From contig CAVSGM010000002.1 of the NCBI GenBank assembly GCA_963727485.1, forward strand, positions 1,184,001 to 1,248,000: a DNA stretch of 64,000 bases, read 5' to 3'. Position numbers and translations under genes: made by a program. This DNA comes from an uncultured delta proteobacterium (GTDB taxonomy: Bacteria > Myxococcota > Myxococcia > SLRQ01). Under the pieces are notes generated by a model, which had not been told where the DNA came from, did no database searches, and saw only the letters and a list, made by a program, of their open reading frames with translations. Positions within the stretch are counted from its first letter, which is position 1. Each line of letters begins with the position of its first letter. This document shows positions 22,708 to 32,834 of the stretch, piece after piece.

Positions 22708-24348
22708 TCAGTTCTTGCCGAAGCGGAGCACCACGTGGTGGGCGCCGGCCCGGGCCACCTTGCCCGGGGTCTGGGTCTGGCCCCGCTTGGCGACCAGGCG
22801 GTAGTGGCCGACGCCGGCCTGGGCGAGGCGGAACCGGCCGTGGGCGTCGGTCTCGGCGCTGGGGACGTCGGAGAGGGCCATGGCGCTGTCGGGGACGCCG
22901 CCGTCCTGCCGGGTGGCGTAGACCCAGACGCCGGCCACCGGGTGCCCGTCGGCGTCGAGGACCCGGCCGGTGATCGGGTGGGCCCGGGGCATCTTCAGGG
23001 CCACCGGGTGGGCGCCGGGCACCGTCACCTTCACCGGCAGCGGCGGAGGCTGCTGGAGGTTGGTGACCCCCACCAGCCAGGTGCCGGCGGCGAGGCCCAC
23101 CAGGCGGGCGCGGCCGTGGGCGTCGAGGCGGACCGAGCGCGAGGTCAGGCCAGAGCCGTTGCCCAGCTGCACCGCGGTGGCGCGGGTGCCCAGCGCCCGG
23201 CTGGCCCGGGTGACGCCCCGGACCCGGACCACCAGGTCGCCCCCCGCGGGCAGGCGCACGGTGGCCTCGGCGGACGCCTGGGACTTCCCAATCTTCACCG
23301 CGGCGGCGCCCGGGCCGTGGCCCGAGGCGCGCACCGACACCTGCACGGTGGTCCGGGGCACCGAGGCGAAGGTGGCGACGCCATCCTTCCCGCTCTTCGC
23401 GTGGTGACCGGCGGCGGTGGCCTGGGCACCGACCACGGGCTTGCCCTTCGCGTCGAGGACGTGGACCTTCAGCTGCGCCGGATCCACCAGATCGATGATC
23501 ACCGGCTTCGGGTGAGCGCCCCCGGGGAGGGGTGCCTCGCCGAGGGCGTCGCCGTGGCGGGCGTCGAGGGCGCCGTGGGCACCCTTGGGGAGGATGGCGA
23601 GGCCGGTGATGACGAAGTGGCCCTTGGCATCCGTGGTGGCGGCGCGGTGGAAGCGCCCGGCGTCCTCCACGTGGGCGCCGGCGACCGGGTGCCCGCCCTG
23701 GCGCACGGTCCCCGCGACGCTGCGCCCGGGGACCGCCACCAGCCGGTGGTCCTCCCCGGGCTTGAGGGGGTAGGCGTGGAGGGCCTGGGCGGGACCGGCG
23801 ATGTTCGCCAGCCAGGGCAGGCCCTTGGGCGCGGGGACCGTCACCGTGAAGCGCCCGTCGGCGCCGGTGGTCACCTGCGGGAGGTCGAAGCCCGTGGAGC
23901 CCACGGTGATCGCCACCCCGGCGAGGGGGTGGCCGGCGTGGTCGACCACCTGGCCGGTCATGGAGGTCGCCTGGGGCAGGGTCAGGGTCACGGGCCCGTG
24001 GCCCTTGGCGGCGGGGCGCAGGGCACCGATCACCTTGCCGCCGCGGTACACCACCACCAGCAGGTCCGCGCTCGGGTGGATCGCGACGTGGAAGCGCCCC
24101 CGGGCGTCGGTCCTGGCCGCCGCCAGGGTCATGGCCTCCGGACCCGCGCCCTGGAGGCGTTGGGGGAACATCATCGAGGAGAGGCTCCCGGCGGGATCGT
24201 TGTCGAAGACCAGCGTGGCGCCGGCGACCGGGTGGCCCCGGGCGTCGAGGAGGCGCCCGGAGGCCCCGGCGGCGTGGGCGGCGGCCGGCGCGCCGGCGGC
24301 GAGGGCGGCGACGAGGGCGAGGACGGCGAGACGGCGGGGCGCGTTCAT
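22708..24348 (-). CDS. Secreted protein with carboxypeptidase-regulatory-like (CarboxypepD_reg) repeats
   Basis: Signal peptide; repeated G.V.D..GHPVAGA.V...TDA.GRF units. Confidence 0.85.
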   Translation of the reverse strand: MNAPRRLAVLALVAALAAGAPAAAHAAGASGRLLDARGHPVAGATLVFDNDPAGSLSSMMFPQRLQGAGPEAMTLAAARTDARGRFHVAIHPSADLLVVVYRGGKVIGALRPAAKGHGPVTLTLPQATSMTGQVVDHAGHPLAGVAITVGSTGFDLPQVTTGADGRFTVTVPAPKGLPWLANIAGPAQALHAYPLKPGEDHRLVAVPGRSVAGTVRQGGHPVAGAHVEDAGRFHRAATTDAKGHFVITGLAILPKGAHGALDARHGDALGEAPLPGGAHPKPVIIDLVDPAQLKVHVLDAKGKPVVGAQATAAGHHAKSGKDGVATFASVPRTTVQVSVRASGHGPGAAAVKIGKSQASAEATVRLPAGGDLVVRVRGVTRASRALGTRATAVQLGNGSGLTSRSVRLDAHGRARLVGLAAGTWLVGVTNLQQPPPLPVKVTVPGAHPVALKMPRAHPITGRVLDADGHPVAGVWVYATRQDGGVPDSAMALSDVPSAETDAHGRFRLAQAGVGHYRLVAKRGQTQTPGKVARAGAHHVVLRFGKN

Positions 24349-24511
24349 GGAACCTCCCGGGCCGACCCCGGGTCGGCACGCTGGGGACAGACCCTAGCGC
24401 GCCGGAGCTCTGACCGCATCCCCGGGCCGTCAGGGCCCGGCGCCGCAGGCGTCGCACTCGGGCGTCCAGTCGGCCGGCACCCGCACCCCGGCCACGACGG
24501 CCGCGCGCCCG

Positions 24512-26407
24512 CTAGTCACCGGTGTCCACCAGGAGCGTCAGCCCCTTCGCGCCGGCGGTGACCAGCAGCGTCTGGGAGGCCGCCCGGCCCTGGTGCGCCA
24601 CCACCGTGTAGCGGCCGGGGGCGAGGTCGGGGAAGGCGAAGCGGCCCTTCGCGTCGACCCCGGCGCGCCCGGCGTCGCCGACGGCACGGACGGCGTGGCG
24701 TCCGTGGACGACGCGGGTCGCCGTGACCTGGGCGGCGGCCAGGGGGTTGCCGTCGGGGTCGCAGACCACCCCGGAGAGGGTGCGGCCGCCGCCGAGGCGC
24801 AGCACCAGGTGGCGCTTCGGCCCGCGGACGGTGCGGGGACGCGAGGCGCGATGGGGCGGCCGGCCGGCGATCAGCCGGTAGGGTCCCGGGCCCACGCGGC
24901 GCAGCGCGAAGTGGCCGGTGGCGTCGGTGACGGCGCCGTCGCCAGGCAGCAGCGCCTCGTGGTGCGGGGGCAGGCCGCGGGTGATCCGCCGGGCCACCAC
25001 CTGGACGCCGGCGACCCCGTGGCCCGCGCCGTCGACCACCCGGCCGGCCAGCGGCCGCGCCGGGGGCACCGTCAGCGTCAGGGGCCGGCGCCGGGGGAAG
25101 CGCACCACCACGGGGACCGGCTTGGGCTGCATGAGGTTGATGAGCCCCACCAGGTAGCGCCCCGGGCGCAGGCTGCGGACCCGGGCGACGCCCTTGGGAT
25201 CGACGGGCACCTGCCGGGGGACGTCGCCGCGGCCCCACGTCCCCAGCCGGTGCACGGCCACCCGCGCCGAAGCACGATCGCGCGGATCGAGGCCGCGCAC
25301 CTGCACCACCAGGTCGCCTCCGGGCGAGAGGCGCACGGTGACGTCGGTCGCCGCGCCGCGGACGGTCACCTGCTGCACCGCCTCGGCGTGGCCCTCGGCG
25401 TCGACCTGGACCATCGCCGCGCCCTGGACCACGCCGGCCACGGTGGCGATCCCGTCGGCGCCGGTGGAGACGGCGTGCTTGCCCACCCGCACCTGGGCGC
25501 CCCCCACCGGCCGGCCCCGGGCGTCGACCACGTGGACCGTGAGGCCCCCGGGCGCCACCAGGGTGATCACCAGGGGCCGGGTGTCCGAGGGCTTGGGAAA
25601 GGGCACCCCGCCGACGGCGGCGCCGTGGCTGGCGCGGAGGGCAAAGCCAGGAGACCCGGTGTTGGAGAAGCCGCCGAGGGTGAACCGGCCCTTGGCGTCG
25701 GTGTGCGTGGAGATCCCGTAGTAGGGCGGGAAGACGTGGACCTCGGCGCCGGCCACCGGGTGCCCGTCCTCCAGGACCACCCCGCTGACACTGCGGCCCG
25801 AGCTCCCGGTGAGGTGGTTGTCGCCGCCGCGGTGGACGACCACGCGGGGCGAGGTGACGTGGGGACCGTGGGCCCAGGCGAGCCAGGGGAGCGGGAGGTC
25901 GGGGACGGCGACCGTGAAGCGCCCGTCGGCGCCGGTCTTCACCGGCGGCAGGTCGAAGAAGGTGGAGCCGACGAACACCGGGACGCCGGCCAGCGGCGCG
26001 CCCTTGGCGTCGGTGACCCGGCCATTGAGCCGCTTCGTCGGCGCCAGGGTGAGGTCCACCCGGGTGGCCCCGCCCTTGGGGAGCACGGTGACCACGACCC
26101 CCAGCACCCGGCCGCCGCGCCGCGCGACCACCAGCACCCCGCCGGAGACGACCTTGGCGAGGGTGAAGTGACCGTTCGCGTCGGTGGTGGCGGTGGCCAC
26201 GGTGTGGTGCTGCGGCGCGCCGCCGCTCAAGCGGTTGGTGAACAGGACCTTGGAGAACAGGCCCCCGGGATCCGACTCGAAGGCGAGGGTGGCGCCGGCC
26301 ACCGGGTGGCCCTTCGCGTCGGTGAGCCCGCCATCGGCCGCCGGGGCCGCGCCCAGGGTCGCCAGGGCCAGGGCCGCGAGGACCGCCGCGACCGGCCGCG
26401 GCCTCAA
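24512..26407 (-). CDS. Paralogous CarboxypepD_reg repeat protein
   Basis: Same repeat; shares segments GHPVAGATL.F..DP.G and VGST.FDLP.V.TGADGRFTV with the next gene. The TTG start overlaps the upstream stop. Confidence 0.85.
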   Translation of the reverse strand: MRPRPVAAVLAALALATLGAAPAADGGLTDAKGHPVAGATLAFESDPGGLFSKVLFTNRLSGGAPQHHTVATATTDANGHFTLAKVVSGGVLVVARRGGRVLGVVVTVLPKGGATRVDLTLAPTKRLNGRVTDAKGAPLAGVPVFVGSTFFDLPPVKTGADGRFTVAVPDLPLPWLAWAHGPHVTSPRVVVHRGGDNHLTGSSGRSVSGVVLEDGHPVAGAEVHVFPPYYGISTHTDAKGRFTLGGFSNTGSPGFALRASHGAAVGGVPFPKPSDTRPLVITLVAPGGLTVHVVDARGRPVGGAQVRVGKHAVSTGADGIATVAGVVQGAAMVQVDAEGHAEAVQQVTVRGAATDVTVRLSPGGDLVVQVRGLDPRDRASARVAVHRLGTWGRGDVPRQVPVDPKGVARVRSLRPGRYLVGLINLMQPKPVPVVVRFPRRRPLTLTVPPARPLAGRVVDGAGHGVAGVQVVARRITRGLPPHHEALLPGDGAVTDATGHFALRRVGPGPYRLIAGRPPHRASRPRTVRGPKRHLVLRLGGGRTLSGVVCDPDGNPLAAAQVTATRVVHGRHAVRAVGDAGRAGVDAKGRFAFPDLAPGRYTVVAHQGRAASQTLLVTAGAKGLTLLVDTGD

Positions 26408-27120
26408 TGCCGGCCCCGGGGATCGTGGCGCCCGTCGAAGCGCACGACGTTGAGCACCCGGCCGAGGGTCCCGTCGAGCTTGGAGCTGGCCTCGACGAAG
26501 CGCCCGCGGCGCTTATAGACGACGCGGCCCTGGACCTCGCCCACCGGCTTCCACCCGTAGAGGCGCGGGAAGGCGTCGGGACGCGTCGCGATCCCGGTGG
26601 CGTAGCCGCCGCCGTCGCAGTAGGCCGCCGACACGTTCCGGGCGTCGCCCCGGCCCGTCATCACCGACCCGGTGGACAGGGGCCCGGCGCAGAGGGGGAA
26701 GCCGTGGACCCGGGTCGCAGGCTCACGCCGGTCCACCGCGTAGGAGAGGTCGGCGTCGCCCCTGGCCATGTGCCACTTGAGGAACACCCGGACCCGGCGC
26801 AGGTCGGGCTCGGGGCGGGCGAAGGTCATGTCGACGCTGCCGCCGTCCTTGAGCTGGCCCCAGCTGACCTTGGTCCAGCCGGCCTTGCGGGCCCGGGTGG
26901 TGATCTGGCGGATCGCCTTGCGGAAGGCGGCGCCGTCGGCGAGGTGGGTCGTCTGCTGGGGACCGGCGCCCGCGGGCCAGTAGGGAAACGGCGGCGGGTG
27001 GGCGGCGGCGTGGGCCTTCGTACCCGCGGCGGTGGCGGGCCGGAGGACCCCGGCGGGCAGGAGGACGGCGACGGCGGCGACGATGGCGGCGCCTCGAAGG
27101 CGCAACGGCGATGGTCTCAT
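26404..27120 (-). CDS. Hypothetical secreted protein
   Basis: Signal peptide MRPSPLRLRGAAIVAAVAVLL; RBS GGAG; 4-bp overlap with the downstream gene. Confidence 0.65.
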   Translation of the reverse strand: MRPSPLRLRGAAIVAAVAVLLPAGVLRPATAAGTKAHAAAHPPPFPYWPAGAGPQQTTHLADGAAFRKAIRQITTRARKAGWTKVSWGQLKDGGSVDMTFARPEPDLRRVRVFLKWHMARGDADLSYAVDRREPATRVHGFPLCAGPLSTGSVMTGRGDARNVSAAYCDGGGYATGIATRPDAFPRLYGWKPVGEVQGRVVYKRRGRFVEASSKLDGTLGRVLNVVRFDGRHDPRGRH

Positions 27121-27306
27121 GGCATCTCCCCGGCGAGACCCATCCCCCGGGCCTCGTGAGGGAACCCTACCGCCGGGGACCCCGGGCTCCCATCGGGCGG
27201 GCGACCGATGGCCCCACGCGGGAGGCGGCGAACAGACCCCAGGGCCATGCTGCGGTTCTCGAAGAGACCCCGGCGGCCTACAACGAGCTCGCCGCGGGGA
27301 GGGCGC

Positions 27307-28169
27307 ATGACCGGGACCGTGCACATCGACGGCAGCCAGGGTGAGGGCGGCGGGCAGATCGTCCGCACCGCGCTGGCCCTGGCGATGGTCACCGGGCGGC
27401 CGGTGGCGCTCACCCGCGTCCGGGCCGGGCGGGCCAAGCCCGGGCTGATGCGCCAGCACCTCACCGCGGTGCGCGCCGCCTGCGAGATCTGCGGGGGCGA
27501 GGCCCGGGGCGCCGAGCCGCGGAGCCAAGAGCTCACCTTCACCCCGGGGGCGGTGCGGCCCGGCGACTACCACCTCCAGGTGGGCACCGCCGGGAGCACC
27601 ACGCTCGTGCTCCAGACCGTCCTCCCGGCGCTCCTCACCGCCGAGGGCGAGACCCGCCTGATCCTCGAGGGCGGGACCCACAACCCCATGGCCCCGCCCT
27701 TCGAGTTCCTCGCCGAGGCGTTCCTCCCGCTCGTCGCCCGGATGGGGCCGCGGGTGGAGGCGACGCTGGTGCGCCCGGGCTTCTACCCCGCCGGCGGGGG
27801 GCGGGTGGAGGTCAAGGTGCACCCGGCGCCGGGCCGGGCAACGCCCTGCTGGTGACCTTCGAGGCCGAGGCGGTCACCGAGGTCTTCGTGGGCTTCGGCG
27901 AGCGCGGCCGCCGGGCCGAGGCCGTCGCCGAGGCCCCCTGCGACGAGGCCCGGGCCTGGCTCGACGCCGGGGTCCCGGTGGGCCCCCACCTCGCCGACCA
28001 GCTCCTCCTGCCGCTCTCGCTCGCCGGCGGCGGGGCCTTCCGCACGCTCGCGCCCACCGCCCACACCCGCACCAACGCCGAGGTGATCCGGGCGTTCCTC
28101 GAGGTGGACATCACCTTCGAGCAGGCGGCGGACGGCACCTGGATCGTCGCGGTGGGCCGGGCGGGTTAG
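27307..28169 (+). pseudogene. rtcA: RNA 3'-terminal phosphate cyclase with an out-of-frame internal deletion near 27830
   Basis: IDGSQGEGGGQIVRTAL, RAKPGLMRQH, GGTHNPMAPP, GFYPAGGG, then a jump to GPGNALL...HLADQLLLP...HTRTN in another frame. Confidence 0.85.
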
Positions 28170-28178
28170 GATGCCCCC

Positions 28179-28832
28179 GTGCCCCTGTTCAAGAAGAAGC
28201 CCTACAGCCGCACCGAGACCCTCGCCGCCGCCGACACCGCCCGGGGCAAGGGCAAGTGGAAGAAGGCGCTGGCCGGCTACAAGAAGGTCCTGGAGCACGA
28301 CCCCGACGACGCCGGCGTCCACGCCAAGATCGCGCCGCTCTACGCCAAGGCCCGGCAGCGCGAGGCGGCGCTGAAGAGCTTCGAGGCCGCGGCCCAGGGC
28401 CAGATCAAGAAGGGGTTCACCGACCGGGCGGTCGCGGTCTACACCCAGGCGACCACCACCTACCCCGACGAGATGCGCCTCTGGGAGGCCATCGCGGTGC
28501 TCCACATCCAGCGGGCCCGGAACCCCGACGCGGTGGGGGTGCTGGTCAGCGGGGCGCGGGCGCTGGCCAAGGCGAACAAGCGCCCGGACGCGGTGCTGCT
28601 CCTGCGCCGGGCCACCGGCCTCGACCCCCTCCACGTGGAGGGGACGCTGCTGCTGGCAAGGCTCCTGGCGAAGCAGAAGCAGAAGCAGGAGGCGAAGCGG
28701 CTGCTGGCCGATCTCGCCGACCACTCGGGCGGCCGGACCCTGCGCCGGGTGCGGGCGGCGCAGCTGCGCCTGTCGCCGACCCCGGCGGCCCTGTGGCGGT
28801 GGCTGGTGGCGGCGATCCGCGCCCGGAGGTAG
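28179..28832 (+). CDS. Tetratricopeptide repeat protein
   Basis: Helical repeats: ALAGYKKVLEHDPDD, AVAVYTQATTTYPD, LLRRATGLDP. Confidence 0.8.
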   Translation: MPLFKKKPYSRTETLAAADTARGKGKWKKALAGYKKVLEHDPDDAGVHAKIAPLYAKARQREAALKSFEAAAQGQIKKGFTDRAVAVYTQATTTYPDEMRLWEAIAVLHIQRARNPDAVGVLVSGARALAKANKRPDAVLLLRRATGLDPLHVEGTLLLARLLAKQKQKQEAKRLLADLADHSGGRTLRRVRAAQLRLSPTPAALWRWLVAAIRARR

Positions 28833-28887
28833 CGCGCGGGGATCACCGGGTTTCACAATCGGGGCCCGGCGGTGTCCAATGGGTGAG

Positions 28888-30144
28888 ATGCGTCGCGCCC
28901 CCGCCCTCCTCGCCGTGGTCTCGGTGGTCCTCGCCGGTCACGCCGCCCTCGCCGACGGCCCCGCGCCCCCGGCGCCGCCCACCCGGACCGTGGTTCTCTG
29001 GCGCCTGGCGTCGCTGGGCCTCGACGCCACCACCGCCGGCCGGGTCACCGAGGTCCTCCGGGCCCAGCTCGCCGCGGTCCCCGGCTTCACCCTGGTGCCC
29101 CAGGCGAAGGTCGACGCGGTGGCCCGGCAGGACGCGACGCTGGCGAGCTGTACCGCCGCCCCGAAGTGCGCCGCCAAGGTGGGCCAGGCCCTCTCGGCGC
29201 CCCGGGTGGTCACCGGGGTCCTCTCCACCGTGGGCGACGCCCGGTCCCTGGACCTGCGCCTGGTGGACGTGGCCACCGCCACCGTGAAGCGCCGGGTCGC
29301 CGAGAGCTGGACCGGCGGCGCCGACTCGCTCCTGGCGGCGATGCGCACCGCGGCGACCAAGCTGTTGGCCCCGAAGCGCTACCAGGGCCGGGTGGCGCTC
29401 ACGGTGAGCGCCAAGGACGTGAAGGTCTACCTCGACGGCGACTACCTCGGGCGCACGCCGATGAGGCCGTTCCCGGTGTCCCCGGGCAGGCACGCCCTGC
29501 GCCTGGCCGCCGACGGCTACCCGGACTTCCAGCGCTTCGTGGACGTGGCCTTCGGGACCACGGTGCCGGTGAAGGTCTCGCTGAAGCCCCTGGAGGTCGA
29601 CGCCGATCTCGCACCGCGCGCGGCCCGGGGACCTCTGACCGTGGGGGCCTCGGCGGCGCTCCTCTCGAACCTCCGCGCCCTCTCGGGGCCGGGCCTGATG
29701 GTCCGGGCCACCTGGGGCCTCCGGCTCGGGCCCACCCGCCTCGAGCTCGGCCTCGCCGGGGGCGTCTACGGCGGGACGGTCTCGGGCACCGCTCCGGTCG
29801 CCGGCGCCGGCGCCACCCAGGTCGCCGGCCACCTCGCGGTGTACCCGGTGGCCCTCCGGGTGGGCCTCGATCTCCTGCCCCAGCTGCCCTTCTCGCCCTA
29901 CGTCGCCCTCGAGGGCGGGGCCGCCTTCGCCGCCCAGTCGGTGGCCCCGGCGGGCTTCCCCGAGCAGCGCGCCAGTAGCGGCGGGGTCTTCTTCGCCGGC
30001 ACCGCCGGGGTCCTCTGGCGCCTGGGCCCCGGCGCCCTCGATCTCTCGCTCCGCCTCCAGGCCGCGGGCCTCCCCACCTCGGCCCTGGTCCCCGGACCAC
30101 TGGCCGGCCTGGGGGTCACCGCCGGCTACGTCCTCTTCCTCTAG
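28888..30144 (+). CDS. Secreted PEGA-domain protein with a C-terminal outer-membrane beta-barrel
   Basis: Signal peptide; PEGA KVYLDGDYLGRTP...VSPGRHALRL...GY; amphipathic strands (FSPYVALEGG) ending GVTAGYVLFL. Confidence 0.8.
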   Translation: MRRAPALLAVVSVVLAGHAALADGPAPPAPPTRTVVLWRLASLGLDATTAGRVTEVLRAQLAAVPGFTLVPQAKVDAVARQDATLASCTAAPKCAAKVGQALSAPRVVTGVLSTVGDARSLDLRLVDVATATVKRRVAESWTGGADSLLAAMRTAATKLLAPKRYQGRVALTVSAKDVKVYLDGDYLGRTPMRPFPVSPGRHALRLAADGYPDFQRFVDVAFGTTVPVKVSLKPLEVDADLAPRAARGPLTVGASAALLSNLRALSGPGLMVRATWGLRLGPTRLELGLAGGVYGGTVSGTAPVAGAGATQVAGHLAVYPVALRVGLDLLPQLPFSPYVALEGGAAFAAQSVAPAGFPEQRASSGGVFFAGTAGVLWRLGPGALDLSLRLQAAGLPTSALVPGPLAGLGVTAGYVLFL

Positions 30145-30153
30145 GAGCCCGTC

Positions 30154-31717
30154 ATGCGACGCCCGCCGATCCCCGTCGCCCTCGCGGTGGCCCTCCTCGC
30201 CCTCTCCGCCTGCGGCAGCCCCACCCAGTCGACCCCCGAGGTGGACGCGGTGCACCCCGGCGCCGTCGCGATGGGCGCCACCAGCTACGTCACCGTCAGC
30301 GGCTCGGGCTTCGACCCCAGCTTCTCCGTGGACCCGGCCACCGGCCAGCCCGCGGTCGACGACGGCTTCACCGTGACCTTCGCCGGCCAGCAGAGCCCCG
30401 AGGTCAGCTGGCGCTCGCCCACCACCTTGGTCGCCGCGCTGCCCGCGGGGCTGGCGGCGGGGACGGCCACCGTGGGGGTCACCGCCCCCGACGGCGGCCA
30501 CGGGGAGAAGGCGGACGCGCTGTGCGTCGGTGCCCCGGCCACGCGGAGCCGGCTCTCCATCGTCTACCACGGCACCCTGGCCATCCCCACGGCCATCAAC
30601 GTCGAGTCCACCCCGGTGGGCGGCGGCACCGCCACGGTCCTCGCCACCGGCGCCGGCGCCCAGGGCCTCCACCCCTTCGCGGTCTCCCCCGACGGCCGGA
30701 CGGTGGTCTACCTCCACACCCAGCGCGGGACCACGCGCACCGAGCAGCTCATCGCCCTCCACCCCCAGGGCAGCGGCGTCGGCATCCTCCTCCACACCGA
30801 GGTCGCCCAGCAGGGCAAGCAGGTGATGGACGGCTTCGCCTTCAGCCCCGACTCGGGGACCCTGGTCTACGTCATCGACCAGCGGAAGCTGGTGGCCCAG
30901 GACATCCCCACCGACGGCGGGACCGCGAAGGATCCCATGGTCCTCTTCGACCAGGGCCACGCCGGCAGCGACGTCATCGCCGACCCGGCCGTCGCCCCCA
31001 CCGGGAAGACGGTCCTCTTCAGCAAGGTCAGCGACCCCGCCGACAACGGGATGCTGGTGGGCGAGCACCTGGCTCTGTACACGGTGCCGCTTGCCGGGGG
31101 CACGCCCACCTCGCTCCTCGACGAGCGGGACCAGGGGGTGAGCAACGGGCCCGGGGTCTACCTCCCGGACGGCAAGGGGATCCTCTTCGTCTCCGACCGC
31201 ATGGGCCTCATCGTCCCCGCCCACGTCTACGGCAAGGACCTGATGGTCCCGGCCTCGAACCTCTTCATCCTCGACCCGGACACCGGGAAGGTCAAAGCGG
31301 TGTCACCGCCGACGGTGGAGGCCTTCGTGCAGACGCCCCTGGCGGTGTCCCCGGACGGGCGCTGGGCGGCGGCGAGCGGGGTGCTCCTCGACCTCACCAA
31401 GTCCATGGTCGACATCCTCCTCACCGACCTCAAGACCGGGAAGATCTACCGGGCGATCGGCGACGTGCAGGGGCAGCTGCCCACGGTCGACGTGGATCCC
31501 TCGTTCTCGCCGGACGGCAAGACGGTGTACGCCACCGCGGTGACCATCCTCGCGCAGCTCATCACCAAGGTGCAGAGCTACGAGGTGGCGGTGCCCGACG
31601 CGGACCCGGATCCTCTCGACGGCCAACCGCACCCTGCCCTCGGGGGCGGTGACCATGCTCCCGGGGATCCAGGTGTCGCCGGTGGAGGTGGACACCTACG
31701 CCGGCTGCGGCGGCTGA
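30154..31717 (+). CDS. Lipoprotein with an IPT/TIG domain and TolB-like (PD40) beta-propeller; frameshift near 31600
   Basis: Lipobox LSAC; VTVSGSGF; repeats VSPDGR, FSPDSG, VAPTGK, YLPDGK, VSPDGR, FSPDGK. The natural C-terminus TANRTLPSG...YAGCGG* is in a shifted frame with TGA at 31715-31717. Confidence 0.8.
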
Positions 31718-31735
31718 CCCGATTGGGCGGTCTGG

Positions 31736-32767
31736 TCAGTCCCCGGCGTCGTGGGGATCGAGCTCGCCGGCGAGATCCACCTCGACCTGCCGGCGCACCT
31801 CTTCGGGGGGCGTGCCCCGGCCGAGGAGGACGTGGAGCTTGGTGAGGGCCGCCTCGGGGGTCATGTCGTGGCCGCTGACGGCGCCGGCGCGGGCGAGCGC
31901 CGAGCCGGTGGAGTAGAGATCCTGGCGTACCCGGCCGGAGTGGGTCTGGGAGCAGCTGACGACGACCACGCCCCGCTCGGTGGCCTCGCGGACGGCGTCG
32001 AGGAGCTCGGGGTCCTGGCTGGGGAAGTTGCCGGTGCCGTAGGTCTCCAGGACCACCGCCTCGGTGGGCGGGGCCAGCAGCCGCCGGAGGAGCGCCGCGG
32101 AGATCCCGGGGAAGAGCCGCACCGCCGCGACCTCCGGGTGCCGGGTGAGGCCGACGTCCTTGGGGAGCCCCTGGCCCTTCGGCCGCACCAGGCGCCGGTG
32201 CACCCGGATCTCGGCGCCGACGGTGGCCAGCGGCGGGAGGTTCCCGCTCTCGAAGGCCACGAACTCCTCGCTGCGGATCTTCTGGGCCCGGTTCCCGCGC
32301 AGCAGCTGGCTGCCAAAGTAGATGCCCACCTCGGGCAGATCGGCGCGGGCGGCCAGCAGCAGGCTGGTGATCACGTGCTCCCTTCCGTCGGAGCGCACGT
32401 GGGTGAGCGAGAGCTGGGAGCCGGTGAGGATGACCGGTTTGTCGAGACCGGTCAGCAGGAACGAGAGCGCCGAGGCGGTGTAGGCCATGGTGTCGGTGCC
32501 GTGGACGACGACGAAGCCGTCGAACTCGCCGGCGCGGGCGACGATGGCCTCGGCGATGCGCACCCAGTCCCGGGGCCGCAGGTCCGCCGAGTCGAGGAGC
32601 GGCGCCAGGGGGACCACCGTCCACCTTGGCAGATCGTCCCGGCGCAGCTCGGGCATCTGCGCCAGGTAGCCCTCGAGGAAGCCCGCCTGGGGCGTAAGGC
32701 CGGTGTCGGTGCGCACCATCCCGATGGTGCCGCCGACGTGGAGGATGCAGACGTTCGGGCGGGGCAT
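31736..32767 (-). CDS. ansA: L-asparaginase type I
   Basis: HVGGTIGM, HGTDTMAYTAS, VILTGSQ, LETYGTGN, DMTPEAALTKL. Confidence 0.93.
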   Translation of the reverse strand: MPRPNVCILHVGGTIGMVRTDTGLTPQAGFLEGYLAQMPELRRDDLPRWTVVPLAPLLDSADLRPRDWVRIAEAIVARAGEFDGFVVVHGTDTMAYTASALSFLLTGLDKPVILTGSQLSLTHVRSDGREHVITSLLLAARADLPEVGIYFGSQLLRGNRAQKIRSEEFVAFESGNLPPLATVGAEIRVHRRLVRPKGQGLPKDVGLTRHPEVAAVRLFPGISAALLRRLLAPPTEAVVLETYGTGNFPSQDPELLDAVREATERGVVVVSCSQTHSGRVRQDLYSTGSALARAGAVSGHDMTPEAALTKLHVLLGRGTPPEEVRRQVEVDLAGELDPHDAGD

Positions 32768-32834
32768 GGCGCCGGTGTACGCCACCGCGTGCATGGCTTC
32801 AACCGGGCGGGACCGGGCGCCGGGCCGGGTGCGC

